From Octopus vulgaris (Eukaryota): a DNA stretch of 64,000 bases. The notes under the pieces were generated by a model. It was not told where the DNA came from and ran no database searches. It saw nothing but the letters and a program-made list of their open reading frames with translations. Positions within the stretch are counted from its first letter, which is position 1; each line of letters opens with the position of its first letter. The stretch covers positions 67,704,001 through 67,768,000 of the forward strand of contig OX597822.1 of the NCBI GenBank assembly GCA_951406725.2. Direction: 5' to 3'. This document shows, in pieces, positions 14,761-27,939 of the stretch. The translations under genes and the position numbers were made by a program.

Positions 14761-14873
14761 TATTTACATTATTTACATTATTTACTTTCGAATGATATTT
14801 GTCCTCATCTTGTTTGTTGTTAAGATATTTTTCGATGTTGTTGTTGTCGTTGTTATTATTATTATCATTATTA

Positions 14874-14909
<36 letters not shown>

Positions 14910-15247
14910 GTGTTCAGGTCACTGCTTGGAATCGAACTCGGAATCTTTGGGTTAGTAGCCCGCGCTCTTAACCACCACGCCATATGCCCGTGGGCATTTT
15001 GGCATAATAATGATAATAATAATAATTATTATAATAATAATAACAACAACAACAACATCGAAAAATACCTTAGGAATGAGAACCCAGGTTCGAAAATTTC
15101 CCAAGACACTTGAAGAAGGCTGGAGGATATATCAGCCGAAACGTTGTGTTAACAACAAACAAGGTGAGGGCAAATATCCGTCGAATATAAATAATGTAAA
15201 TAATGTAAATGATATAAAAAATTCCCCATCTCTTAAATATAGAAGTG
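14761..15247. mobile_element. tRNA-headed, (AAT)n-linked, HHR-bearing SINE/pLTR composite with internal inversion
   Basis: 14-bp direct repeat TATTCTAGATTACT at 14747-14760 and 15248-15261; tRNA-like head 14916-14989(-); inverted arms; HHR motif 15105-15150(+). Confidence 0.85.
15105..15150 (+). ncRNA. Minimal type I hammerhead motif (C3U variant)
   Basis: GACAC-TTGAAGA-A-GGCTG..CAGCC-GAAACGTT-GTGTT; palindromic minimal stem III AACGTT. Confidence 0.65.
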
Positions 15248-15402
15248 TATTCTAGATTACTGTGATTTTAGTATATCATAAATTATACATCTAATAAGCA
15301 GTTCTGCCAATTTTTTCTATTACTGACTGAAGAAGACTGTTGTAGCAGGACTTCGAACACATTCTACGTAATACAGCGTACCATAACTGGACAGTTTTCA
15401 GT

Positions 15403-15545
15403 ATGCAGTTGGGAGGCTTCGTTGTTCGCTATGCAATTATGATTTGTTTTAAACGGGACAAAAACGCTACAGAAAATTATGAAATGATCCAGACTACTTA
15501 TGGATTAATTTGTATGAACCTCTGCTTTTCGCGGCATAAGAGGCG
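15403..15545 (+). mobile_element. Mariner transposase N-terminal fragment
   Basis: RYAIMICFKRDKNATENYEMIQTTYG resembles mariner R.AIKFCF.LGK.ATETYEM...YG. Confidence 0.7.
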
Positions 15546-15597
15546 AGACAAAATATATCCACCAGGACTTCTACTGGGTTCCCTTTGGTCAGATGGT

Positions 15598-15649
<52 letters not shown>

Positions 15650-15653
<4 letters not shown>

Positions 15654-15902
15654 TTATAAGTAAGGGCAAAAGAAAAAATTTATAATGCCAAAATATGCCG
15701 AAAATAGACACAATGCTACTTCATACAGACATATCAACAAATATATATATATAACCATGTAGACGTTGTGTCTATTTTCGGCATATTTTGGCATTAGAAT
15801 TTTTTTCTTTTGCTCTTACTTATAAATTGTTTATAAATTTAACCTTTAAAGGTTTTTTTAATATGCTGGCCATTGATAGAATTTTTTTCAAAAAATTTTA
15901 TC

Positions 15903-15905
<3 letters not shown>
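15650..15905 (+). repeat. Inverted-repeat element embedded in (TA)n
   Basis: 15650-15718 is the reverse complement of 15759-15829; tail AATATGCTGGCCATTG plus AT hairpin 15875-15902. Confidence 0.75.
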
Positions 15906-15970
<65 letters not shown>

Positions 15971-16677
15971 TATATATATGGAGCAATCTCAAGATTAATC
16001 AGCCGAAATTGCGAGGATGATCCGGTTCTTGACTGAAGATTAAAGGCTTCGAATAACCCGTACGTGTTTTTTGTATCGTCTTCTAGATGTTTTGTGTTCT
16101 GGTCCCATTTTGTATTTCATATATATATATACATACACACACAACGACCCTCCAGACAGTTTCCGTCTACTTATGCACTCAGAAGACATTGTTCCGCTCG
16201 AGGCTGCCACGCAGTAGAAATGTACCAGGAATTACATCGTTGCAAAGTGAGTTTCTTAATTAAACAGACGATTGGTAGAGAAAATCCAGTACCCTCAATA
16301 CACTCTCGGTTTCATTGTTATTGTCTTCGAACTACATGGTAAGTATCTTTGTGCCTGCATTAACATATCACTAGACTTTTTATGATCGAGGATCGAACGC
16401 AACAGCGTACTGCATAATTTGTAGTTCATTGCCATATTGGGAAAAAAATATACAGCAAAACTTTAAAATATAAACGATCAATGATAATTCACACGATTAA
16501 GAGCAGAAAAGACACCTATGAATATTCTGTTAAATATATTCTCTTTTTAATGTTAACACGGTGAAGGAGGTGGGATATCAAAATAAACAACTTTTATTTG
16601 AAAGAGAAAACGTTCATACGTATACATAGATTTTATATAAATATATATTTACATATGAGTATGTAATACATACTTAC

Positions 16678-16779
<102 letters not shown>

Positions 16780-16958
16780 CAATTTGTTAAAATCTATATT
16801 GCAAATTTCCGATGTTTATAAAATTAAGGTATAATTGCGGAACCTAATTACTGTCATAATTACACAATCAATAATTACCAGTTGGAACAACAATAAGATT
16901 AAATATTATTTCCTGATACAATACCGTAAATTGTTTGAGATTAATTCCATGTCGCTTC

Positions 16959-17046
<88 letters not shown>

Positions 17047-17105
17047 TTTGTATATATATGCATATGCATATATATTTGTATATATATGCATATAGTATAT
17101 ATATG

Positions 17106-17138
<33 letters not shown>

Positions 17139-17271
17139 ATATACATACATATATATGTACATACGCATCTATGCATATTGGTGTTTATTTCTCTTACTAT
17201 ATATTCATATATCTATTATCTATATATTTATTTATATCTATCAATGTATTTATATATATATATGTATATAT

Positions 17272-17328
<57 letters not shown>

Positions 17329-17774
17329 TACCTCAGTTAATTATAAGATTGTGTTCCTCATATAATTGATTTGGCAGAGAAACAATTTTACCCATATCCC
17401 CACAGATACACACATACACACATACATAAGTATGTATGTATGTTTGTGTATTTGCTCTCCACCATTGCTTGACAATCGGTGTTGTCAAGTAATGGTGATG
17501 CGCAAACAAATACAAATATACACAAATGTACACACACGTAGACCCCATCAATATCTATCAATCTATATATATTTTTTGAACTGATTGCAAAAGTTAATTA
17601 CTATAATGAACACGTATGAGTAATTCAAAATTATATTTAAATTATTTGTATAAATACCCTCCTTTTAAGACGGCGTATACAAACATTAGGATTTGAGTTG
17701 AAACTTGCCATAAATAACAAGTTAATTAATACGCTTTTAAGTTATGTTTGTTTGAATTCATTGTTAGATAGAAG

Positions 17775-17809
<35 letters not shown>

Positions 17810-18094
17810 AAATAGATATTTCGTTTTGGATTTAGTTTGCAAGATTCTTTATGTGGGTTCGTGTGCTGAAGCATATTCTGTTGTGTCTCGGGAGAGTCAT
17901 TTTCTTTTTGTGCCTTATGAGTTAACACACTCACCGGTAAATTTTCCAGTTATTTCTTATTTTATTTTCCTAAAATTTTCGTTGCGTCTTGGAACCTTTT
18001 CAATATACCTACATAAAGAATTATATATATATATATATATTTATATATATGTGAACGAACTTTATTGTGTTTTTTTTAATAGAAGCATCGAATG

Positions 18095-18170
<76 letters not shown>

Positions 18171-18247
18171 GGATAATACCATACTAAATTCTGTATGGCT
18201 TTAACATATGTACCATATTCATCTGAATCTAAATTTTACTGAACAGA

Positions 18248-18296
<49 letters not shown>

Positions 18297-18529
18297 GTCG
18301 AATGTGTGTCGTTTTATGCAGACAAGATGGTAATATTTGGAATGCAGCATAGCCGTGAAAATAGCAGGAAGATTGGGTGTTATTACCGTTATAAGACGGA
18401 GGAAAAAAATCTGAAAAAAAAAAAAAAAAGGTTGTCAAGAGATACGTACGTAACTTGATCCCCACGCCTCTCCGTTTACAGTATCCCACTCTACCATTAG
18501 TCTAAACTACCAACTACCGGAGATGTCAA

Positions 18530-18910
18530 ATTATCAACCATCGTACAAACAATAACTCTGAGCACCTTTTCAAACTCCACCCATCTAACACCCGTGGACA
18601 TATTTACAAAGTCAGAAAACAGCACAGCTCCCATGACTTCAGGAAACATTTTTTCACGCTGAGAGTTGCTGAAGCATGGAACAAACTGCCGGCATCAGTT
18701 GTTAGTTGTCGGAGCACTGCATCCTTCAAAATTTCTATGCTCTCTGAGATTCGCCAACACTACACCTGATTTTCTCCCCTTCATACATACACAAGCATGT
18801 ATCTGACTCATGCATTGTTTGCTTTCCAGACATTTGTACATTACTGCATATACTCTGACAAGTTGTGGTGCACCTGAGCACTGTATACAATAATTTCATT
18901 ATTATTATTA
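18530..18910 (+). mobile_element. CR1/L2 LINE 3' end (ORF2 C-terminus, 3' UTR, (ATT)n tail)
   Basis: 18530-18769 translates IINHRTNNNSEHLFKLHPSNTRGHIYKVRKQHSSHDFRKHFFTLRVAEAWNKLPASVVSCRSTASFK..*, the TRGH..RKHFF..RV...WN.LP motif. Confidence 0.9.
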
Positions 18911-19007
18911 TATTTTTTTTATTAAATTAAGCGACAAATACACATGTTGCTGTTGCATTTCAAAAAGTTATGTATTAGGCGCTTAATTTGAGGGTGATTA
19001 CTGTTAG

Positions 19008-19173
19008 TTTAGCTTAACGATAGAGTTCTCAGTCGGTATTGGAGGGGTGCAGGTTCGAATCCCGTGGCTGTGTTCTGATAACTCCAGACCGCCCCCACCC
19101 AGATATTATAAGAGTTATAATACCCGCCGATCTTTCTGCCGTTTTCACGGCTATACTGCGTTCGAAATATTAC
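19008..19173 (+). mobile_element. tRNA-derived SINE-like repeat; inverted relative at 18330-18510
   Basis: TAGCTTAACGATAGAG..GGTTCGAATCCC A/B boxes; body CACGGCTATACTGCGTTCGAAATATTAC matches the reverse complement of 18330-18395. Confidence 0.6.
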
Positions 19174-19179
19174 TTTCTT

Positions 19180-19372
19180 CAGTTCTATATTTAAGAGATG
19201 AGGAATTATGTACATTTTTTTACATTATTTACATTCGACGGGTAATTATTTGCCCTAAGCTTGTTTGTTGTTAACACAACGTTTCGGCTGATATACCCTC
19301 CAGCCTTCTTGGGGAAATTTCGAACCTGGGTTCTCATTCCGAAGGTATTTTTCGATATTGCTGCTGTTGTTG

Positions 19373-19454
<82 letters not shown>

Positions 19455-19500
19455 GTTCATAGTCAGCTGCACGAAGCTCACGACCTTTAGAAGGATTAGG
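19180..19500 (-). mobile_element. Second copy of the tRNA/(AAT)n/HHR composite, HHR core deleted
   Basis: Reverse complement matches 15057-15245 but reads CCCCAAG-AAGGCTGG, lacking stem I 5' strand and core; (AAT)n and a decayed head at 19455-19500. Confidence 0.8.
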
Positions 19501-19564
19501 TAAAACTTCCATATTTAGCTCTATTATCTCCCCAGTGATCTAAGCAATATATGGTCTTGCATAT

Positions 19565-19775
19565 GGCAGCGAGCTGGCAGAAACGCTAGTATGCCGGGCG
19601 AAATACTTAGCAGTATTTCGCCTGTCTTTACGTTCCCAGTTCAAATTCCGCCAAGGTCGACTTTGCCTTTCATCATTTCGGGGTTGATGAATTAAGTACC
19701 AGTTACGTACTGGTGTCGATCTAATCGACTGGCTCTTTCCCTTAAAAGTTCGGGCCTTATTCCTAGAGTAGAAAG
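19565..19775 (+). mobile_element. SINE family A, full length with TSD
   Basis: 15-bp direct repeat TATATGGTCTTGCAT at 19548-19562 and 19779-19793. Confidence 0.92.
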
Positions 19776-20547
19776 CATTATATGGTCTTGCATTATTGTA
19801 TAACATCGAAATGATATGAAATTTAATTTTAAAAGTCAATCAGATCATAATTAAGCAGCAGCCTCCCTACTCTTTCGCAGAAACTTCAGTCATCACAACC
19901 ACACAACATTTTTAACAAATTTCGTAACTTTGTATCTACATCTTCCATCAGCTGTTCATCTGCTTTTGTTGTCATTCATCCATATTTAACCAGAAATTCT
20001 TTTACTTACGTTACTATATATTCATAAATTGCAAATAATGAATCGATTATACCACACTTTGTATTTCAGCCGAGCTGCTACCTTCCACATTACCCCCACA
20101 CACACACACACACATACACTCACATACGCAAATGAACAATTCAGACACAGAAACACGAGCATGTGTGAAACTATATATAACTATGTAAAGGTTGAGAGAA
20201 TGTGAGTTACTAAAGATATTTGGAGTCGTGGATTTATTCGGACGTTTGCGCACATTCACGTTAAAACACTCATACACAGAGCTATTTAACACATGGTACA
20301 CACACACGCACACGCACACACATACACACAGGAAAAAAGAGGAAGAGAGAGAGAGAGACAAAGAAAGATTATTACTAAACATATGTTTGTATAATATGTG
20401 TGTGTATACATACATATACATACGTCTTTATACATACCTGCATACACATACAATGAATTTGATCAAATGGTCACGACTTTCAAATTCTAAAGAAGGTAAT
20501 AGAGCGCTCAAAGCTTCATCCTTCAGGAAAAGACATGTATATATATG

Positions 20548-20588
<41 letters not shown>

Positions 20589-20656
20589 ATATATATATAT
20601 GTGTGTGTGTATATGTGTGTGTGTATGTATGTATGTATGTATGTATGTATGTATAT

Positions 20657-21020
20657 AGGCGTAAGAGTGGATGTGCAGTAAGTAGCTTGCTTCCGGTTTC
20701 AGTCCCACTGCGTGGCACTTTGGGCAAGTGTCTTCTACTATAGCCTCAGGCCGAGCAAAGCCTTGTGAGTGAGTGGATTTAGTAGACAGAAACTGAAAGA
20801 AGCCCGTCGTATATATATGTTTGTGTCTTTGTCTCCCCAGCATCGCATGACTACCGATGTTGGTGTGTTTACATCCCTGTAACCTAGCAGTTCGGCAAAT
20901 GAGGCCTTTAGGATAAGTACTAGGCTTACAAAGAATGAGTTCCAGGGTCGATTTGTTCGACTAAATGCGGTGCTCCAACATGGCCGCAGTCAAATGACTG
21001 AAACAAATAAAAGAATAGAA
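20657..21020 (+). mobile_element. SINE family B
   Basis: AGGCGTAAGAGTGG head, GTGGCACTTTGGGCAAGTGTCTTC core, GGCCGCAGTCAAATGACTGAAAC tail. Confidence 0.9.
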
Positions 21021-22099
21021 TAAACGAATATATAAATACATATATAGATATCCGTCTCTGTCTCCATCTCTCTTTCTCTCTCTCTCTCAATTTATCTTGG
21101 CACAGATAGAACGATAGACAGGTAGAAATGGACATTGTTTTATAAATAGCGAGAGAGAGGGAAAGGAGATAATACGTTCATAGATAATATATGTACACTT
21201 GCATACTCGCGCTTATACACACTTACATACGAGTGTAGCTATACTATATTCTGTTCACATTTTTTTGATTTGCAGCATAGTTGCTTGGGATACCTGCCAG
21301 AATCGTCTGTGCTCAGGATGTTTCCCCGCCCATTTAAAAAGCAGGCACGAATATCCAGCTTGCCAGCGACAGAATAATCCCTCTTGCCCACTGGTCATTT
21401 TCTACAGGTCAGTGAATGTCCATTAACTGTAGAATTTGCTTCTTTGCCAAATCGATTCATTGAAGATCGTCGACGGAACTTTCGCATCGAAGCGAAGAAT
21501 TCTACAGGTTTCTAATGCTATGGCGTTAGCACCTTATTTAACGTTGCCGTTGAAACTGCTACTTGCCATCTTACCAATTCTACTGAATTTACTATATAAC
21601 ATTTATTCTATTGCTCTCTCTCTCTCTCTCTCTCACTCTCTCTCTCTCATTTTCTCTCTCGTTCTATCTATATCTATCTCTGTTTCTCTCTCTTCAGCTC
21701 GGTGGTCAACATTTGTCTCTCTCTATCTAGTTTTCTCTATATCTTCCTCTATCACACACAGTTATTCTTCCTTCTACTCATGCAACGTTAGTTCTCATTC
21801 AGTTATACTCTTTTCATCTCCATCTAAAATATATACTTATATACACATTTCCACATGTATATATACTGTATGCGTGTGTATATATATATATACGTGTGTG
21901 TGTGGATCTATACAAAATATAGACACAGCATGAATACAGCAGTACATGTACACGTCTTATTAGTTATCATACAAACTCCACGTGATTGAATTCATTCCGC
22001 TTACACACGCATATACAAACTCACACACACACATGTGTGTCTATATGTATTTGTATGTGTAAGTATGTGCGTGTCTGTGAGTATATGTATGTTATATAG

Positions 22100-22130
<31 letters not shown>

Positions 22131-22544
22131 CTCTTTACTCTTTTACTCTTTTACTCTTTTACTTGTTTCAGTCATTTGACTGCGGCCATGCTGGAGCACC
22201 GCCTTTAGTCGAGCAAATCGACCCCGGGACTTATTCTTTGTAAGCCCGGTACTTATTCTATCGGTCTCTTTTGCCGAACCGCTAAGTAACGGGGACGTAA
22301 ACACACCAGCATCGGTTGTCAAGCAATGCTAGGGGAACAAACACACACACATACACATATATACATATATATACATATATACGACAGGCTTCTTTCAGTT
22401 TCCGTCTACTAAATCCACTCACAAGGCATTGGTCGGCCCGGGGCTATAGCAGAAGACACTTGCCCAAGATGCCACGCAGTGGGACTGAACCCAGAACCAT
22501 GTGGTTGGTTAGCAAGCTACTTACCACACAGCCACTCCTGCGCC

Positions 22545-22545
<1 letters not shown>
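22131..22545 (-). mobile_element. SINE family B, full length, well preserved
   Basis: Minus strand AGGCGCAGGAGTGGCTGTGTGGTAAG..GGTTCAGTCCC..(AAAAGAGT)n tail; inserted in (TA)n. Confidence 0.93.
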
Positions 22546-22575
<30 letters not shown>

Positions 22576-22655
22576 GTATATATATGTATGTTACACATAT
22601 TTGAGAGCGTGTGTATATTTTAGACAAACAGACAGACAAATAGATAGATAAATAG

Positions 22656-22745
<90 letters not shown>

Positions 22746-22751
22746 GGATAG

Positions 22752-22793
<42 letters not shown>

Positions 22794-22794
22794 C

Positions 22795-22905
<111 letters not shown>

Positions 22906-23084
22906 GAGAGAGATACACACATATTTATATTACATCACGTACACACGCATGTACCAATCAAGAACTGGAGTCGATGATAGCACTTAAACTCTGAAACCCT
23001 CCCCTCAAAACGTTTAACTTTGTGCTTATTGTAGAAACCCTTGATAATACTACTCTCGTTATTCACTCCCATTATGAAGTTCTT

Positions 23085-23470
23085 CTGCATTATTTATGTA
23101 ACATCTCAGCTTCTTCCCGTAGCCTGCAATCTCAACACTTTCTTCAGGACATACGCTGTTCCGAGTATGACTGCCAACTATGTATTTCCAATGATGTCTA
23201 GTAGTCTCAACTTCTCATGCCAGATTTTTGTGTTGTTTGAGACAACTGTTCCGAGTACCCGAGTGTACGAATCATGATCAGTGTTACACGCATCTTTTAG
23301 GCTCGATGAATACGCCCCCCACTACAAATACAGTCTCTTCTCACCCGTCGTCTTCTCATTCGGTTTTTATCATGTTCTGATTTACAGGCAGTGTTGTATC
23401 AATGAGGATCTATTCTACTGTGGTCCTTTTCTATAGGAGAGTGATATCTGGTTATGTTACAGATTCCTAT
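23085..23470 (-). mobile_element. R4/Dong-like RLE-type LINE C-terminal fragment (decayed)
   Basis: Minus-strand manual translation gives PDITLL...ILIDTTLP (PD..D endonuclease motif) and LAVILGTAYVLKKVL, typical of the RLE-clade ORF end. Confidence 0.65.
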
Positions 23471-23611
23471 CTGTATAGATTGTCATTTGATCGTTTAGTG
23501 CGGCTGGCAATGGTTGGTGTTCGTACCAGTTTTATATATATATGTTTGTGTATGTGTGTGTGTGTGTGAGTGTGTATGTGTGTATGTGTATATATATATA
23601 CACATACACAC

Positions 23612-23820
23612 AATGGCCTAGCGGTTAGGGCAGCGGACTTGCGGTCGGAGGATCGCGGTTTCGATTCCCAGACCGGGCGTTGTGTGTGTTTATTGAGCGA
23701 AAAAAACACCTAAAAGCTCCACGAGGCTCCAGCAGGAGGTGGTGATCCCTGCTGTACTCTTTCACCACTCTAAAAGGCGGTGCTCCAGCATGGCCGCAGT
23801 CAAATGACTGAAACAAGTAC
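23612..23820 (+). mobile_element. tRNA-derived SINE family D head fused to family B tail
   Basis: TGGCCTAGCGGTTAGGGCAGCGGAC..GGTTTCGATTCCC (related to 44620-44895), then AGGCGGTGCTCCAGCATGGCCGCAGTCAAATGACTGAAAC. Confidence 0.75.
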
Positions 23821-23826
23821 AAAAAA

Positions 23827-23860
<34 letters not shown>

Positions 23861-24072
23861 TATACACGTGTATATATAAAGGTATATAGGTACATATATA
23901 TGTATATATAAATATATATATACACATATATATATACATATATACATACATATATATATATATACACGAATATATACACAGTTTCACATGTATATATACA
24001 TGTATATATATATATATATATATTCTAATATATATATACTTATATATATATATGCAAGTATATATGTATCCA

Positions 24073-24119
<47 letters not shown>

Positions 24120-24229
24120 CTATATATGAAAATATATACATGTGTGCATGTGTGAGTGCGTTCATTTGTGTTTGTGTCTGTGTATATGTGGAAGAGAGAT
24201 AGAATGTGTGTGTGTGTATGTGTGTGTGT

Positions 24230-24271
<42 letters not shown>

Positions 24272-24489
24272 ACGTAAAGCTATTCAATTTTGTTTCATGA
24301 ATATTCTTATTTGGTAATGATACGAGGTAAGAATTTTCGGAAAATGTACAAAATCTGTTTTTCTACGTTAATGATGCTCACAGCTTCAGTATTTTATATA
24401 TTAATTTCTATATTTTTATTTCTATTAGTGGTAAATTAGTAGAAACATTAAATCTAAATGACGCCACTTTGAAAATATACAAAAAAAAC

Positions 24490-24553
<64 letters not shown>

Positions 24554-24969
24554 CAAATACAAATTCAAAACTAACGGAAAATGGCGGACACTTAAAACGA
24601 TGCATTTATCGATTTTATAATTTTATAGATTTCTCCTTTGTCGATTTACAGATTTTAAACATAACTATTTGTATGTGTATGTTTTTTTTTAATCTTTCTA
24701 ATGGTAATTTTATAAGAATTTCAAAGACAAGCACGTAATCTATATGTTACTTGGTGGTTGATGTTTCCAAAGTTGATGCATTATGCATTATTATACTTGG
24801 TTATAATAATCAGCTATCCTGCTAATACAGAAGATAGCGAGAACAAACACTACACTTTATATAGATAATATTTAGAAGATTAAAAGATGATTTAATTTGT
24901 TATCTGCGTTTTCTTTTTCGTACACATGCCGACACAAGCATACACACACGCATATAGGTATACATATAG

Positions 24970-25047
<78 letters not shown>

Positions 25048-25074
25048 ATATATATACACATATATATATACATA

Positions 25075-25125
<51 letters not shown>

Positions 25126-25281
25126 GTGAGTGTTCTTATATGTAGGTATATCAATTTCAATGCGCATCGATATTGATGTTTGATGCATAATGAACACACA
25201 GAAAGACAAACACAAGCACATGTACATATATGGACTTATATATACACACACTTATTTATATAAAGTGTATATATTCTGTAC

Positions 25282-25327
<46 letters not shown>

Positions 25328-25487
25328 GTGTGTGTGTGTATATATAGTTATGTATATATATGTGTGCATATATGGTATATGTATATATATATGTGTGTGT
25401 GTGCTTATATATATATATTTATATATATACATATATACATATGTATATATATATATATATGTATGAATGTATATGTATATACTTATA

Positions 25488-25525
<38 letters not shown>

Positions 25526-25560
25526 TATATACATATACATTTATACATATATATATATAC

Positions 25561-25600
<40 letters not shown>

Positions 25601-25904
25601 ATATAAATGTATGTTTATATGTGTGTGTATATATATATATATATATATAACGTATGTATATATGTATATATATCTATATATGCATATGTATATGGTATAC
25701 TGGAGACAGATGCAGAATAGCATAGGAGGCACTGTTTTGATGACACACACTATTAGTATTCCTTTGTTATTTTCTGTTATCTTGTAATTGCGAACGAGTT
25801 GCACTGTTCAGAAGTTTGTATGAGTGTATGTGCCCTACATATCTCCGATGCTGTGTTTCATTCTCCATTCTCCATAATTGTCAAACGATATACAACGACA
25901 ATTT

Positions 25905-26245
25905 TGGAGGCGCATCGCTCAGTGGTTAGAGCGTCGGGCTCACAATCATGAGGCTGTGAGTTCGATTTCCGGGCCAAGCTGTATGTTGTGTTCTTGGGCA
26001 AGACACTTTATTTCACTTTGCTCCAGTTCACGCAGCTGTAGAAACGGGTTGTGATATCACTGGTGCCAAGCTGTATCGGTCTTTACTTTTCCCTTGAATA
26101 ACATTGGTTGCTTGAAGAGGAGTGGCTGGTATGCATGAGCGACTGTCAGCCTTTCATGAACAACCTTGGCAAGGCTTGTGCTTCGGAGGGCCACTTTCTA
26201 GGGTGCATCCCGTGGTCATTCATGACCGAAGAGGGTCTTTACTTT
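25905..26245 (+). mobile_element. tRNA-derived SINE family C
   Basis: GCTCAGTGGTTAGAGCG A-box, GAGTTCGATTTCC B-box, GTTGTGTTCTTGGGCAAGACACTTTATTTCAC core; copies at 31695-31930(-), 37320-37652(-), 48890-49060. Confidence 0.88.
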
Positions 26246-26787
26246 TTATAGAACAAACTTGGAGTTCAACTCCCGTCGAAATACACACCTCATAAGGGGA
26301 AAAAATTATTAAGTATTCCTTTTACATTGTTATATAGGTGTGAACAATTCTATGTACTATGCTACATAGGTGTTCGTCTGGTATGTTGATTTATTGTTCA
26401 TTTTTATGTGTCTTGATTAGGCCTACACTGACGATTAAAACGTGCTTTTGTGCACTAATTATGAAATCATATGATATGCAGCTGAATCTGGTCTTAAAAG
26501 ACACGCTTCGAGAGCTGCATTCCCTCGCGTTCAGTACAATGTCTTTATTAAGTCAGCTTTGACTTTAAGACTCCTTTCTAGCGTGAGGAATTTATGTATA
26601 GTAATGCCCGTAATATAAATAAAAATATATATATATATGTATATATAAATAGAAACACACATATACATACACTCACACATGCATTCATGCAGGCATACAC
26701 GCACATAGGTACACACACACACACATACATGTATATATATATGTCTGTGTATGTGTGTGTGTGTATATATATATAATATATATATAT

Positions 26788-27152
26788 TCTTTTATTCTTT
26801 TACTTATTTCCGTCAGTTGACAGCGGCCATGCTGGAGCACCGCCTTTCAATCGAAGAAATCGACATCTGGGCTTATTCTTTATAAGCCTGGTACTTATTC
26901 TATCGGCCTCTTTTGTCGAACCGCTAAGTTGCTGAGACGTAAATACAGACACAAACACACAAATATATACATACGTATATATATATATATATATACGACA
27001 GGCTTCTTTCAGTTTCCGTCTACTAAATCCATGGACAAGGCTTTGGTCGGCCCGAGACTATAGTAGAAGACACTTGCCCAAGATGCCATGTAGTGGGACT
27101 GAAACCCAAACCATTTCGTTGGGAAGGAAGTTTCTTACCATACAGCCACGCC
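26788..27152 (-). mobile_element. SINE family B
   Basis: Colinear with 22131-22545, with an internal deletion. Confidence 0.88.
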
Positions 27153-27303
27153 CATATATGCACATATAACACAAAGTAGATGATAGATTTTCGTAGGTCA
27201 AGTTCCTTTATGATGGGAATATAAAATAAATTTTAAAAATTCATCAAAATGTTAGGTTTCAAGCTCTCCAGTATTACAATCCAAAGAAAAGCAGTATTAC
27301 CAA

Positions 27304-27387
27304 ACCTTACGATCGTTTCGGTGAATGTGTTTGTATTGGGCGTGTTTTCCAGCCGATACAAATAGTCGCTTTTCTCTCATCAGAGCT
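27304..27387 (-). ncRNA. Type I hammerhead motif with intact core, imperfect stems
   Basis: Minus strand AGCT-CTGATGA-GAGAA..TTTGTAT..ATACAAA..TTCACC-GAAACGATCGTA-AGGT; palindromic stem III ACGATCGT; GTA site. Confidence 0.65.
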
Positions 27388-27761
27388 ACAAAAGAAAATC
27401 GATTAAAATAGTTTACAAATTTGTGAAAGTTTAAAATATCTCCTACTAAGTAATGCTATATTTTTAGAAAATGTTATAGAATTTCTTAGAAAATTCGCAA
27501 GGATATAGCAAAAGGATTCGTGAAGTGAAAAAACTTGTGAAGTATAACATGTGTGCGAATGAAAAGAAAAATATTTATAAAAATAGAATGAGGTCTCAAA
27601 TTTGGTTAACCATTAAAAAAAACCAGTTGGATTGCTGGTAAGTGAATAATTAAAAATAAGGTCAATCCACATATACAGGATGCTAGTGGGAATATACATA
27701 TAGATAGATAAAAAGACAGATAGATATTGTATATATATATATATATACACACACATACACA

Positions 27762-27792
<31 letters not shown>

Positions 27793-27899
27793 GCGCACGC
27801 ACGCACGCACGCGCACGCACGCACGCACACATATATATATATAACGCGCATAGACGAATATACATATAAGCAAGTAAACATGCATATACATACACATAG

Positions 27900-27939
<40 letters not shown>

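Noticed and set aside
14916-14989. tRNA-like sequences here and at 19008, 23612, 25915, 44628
   Set aside because: A/B boxes present but no proper acceptor stem; they continue into repeat bodies, so they are SINE heads, not tRNA genes
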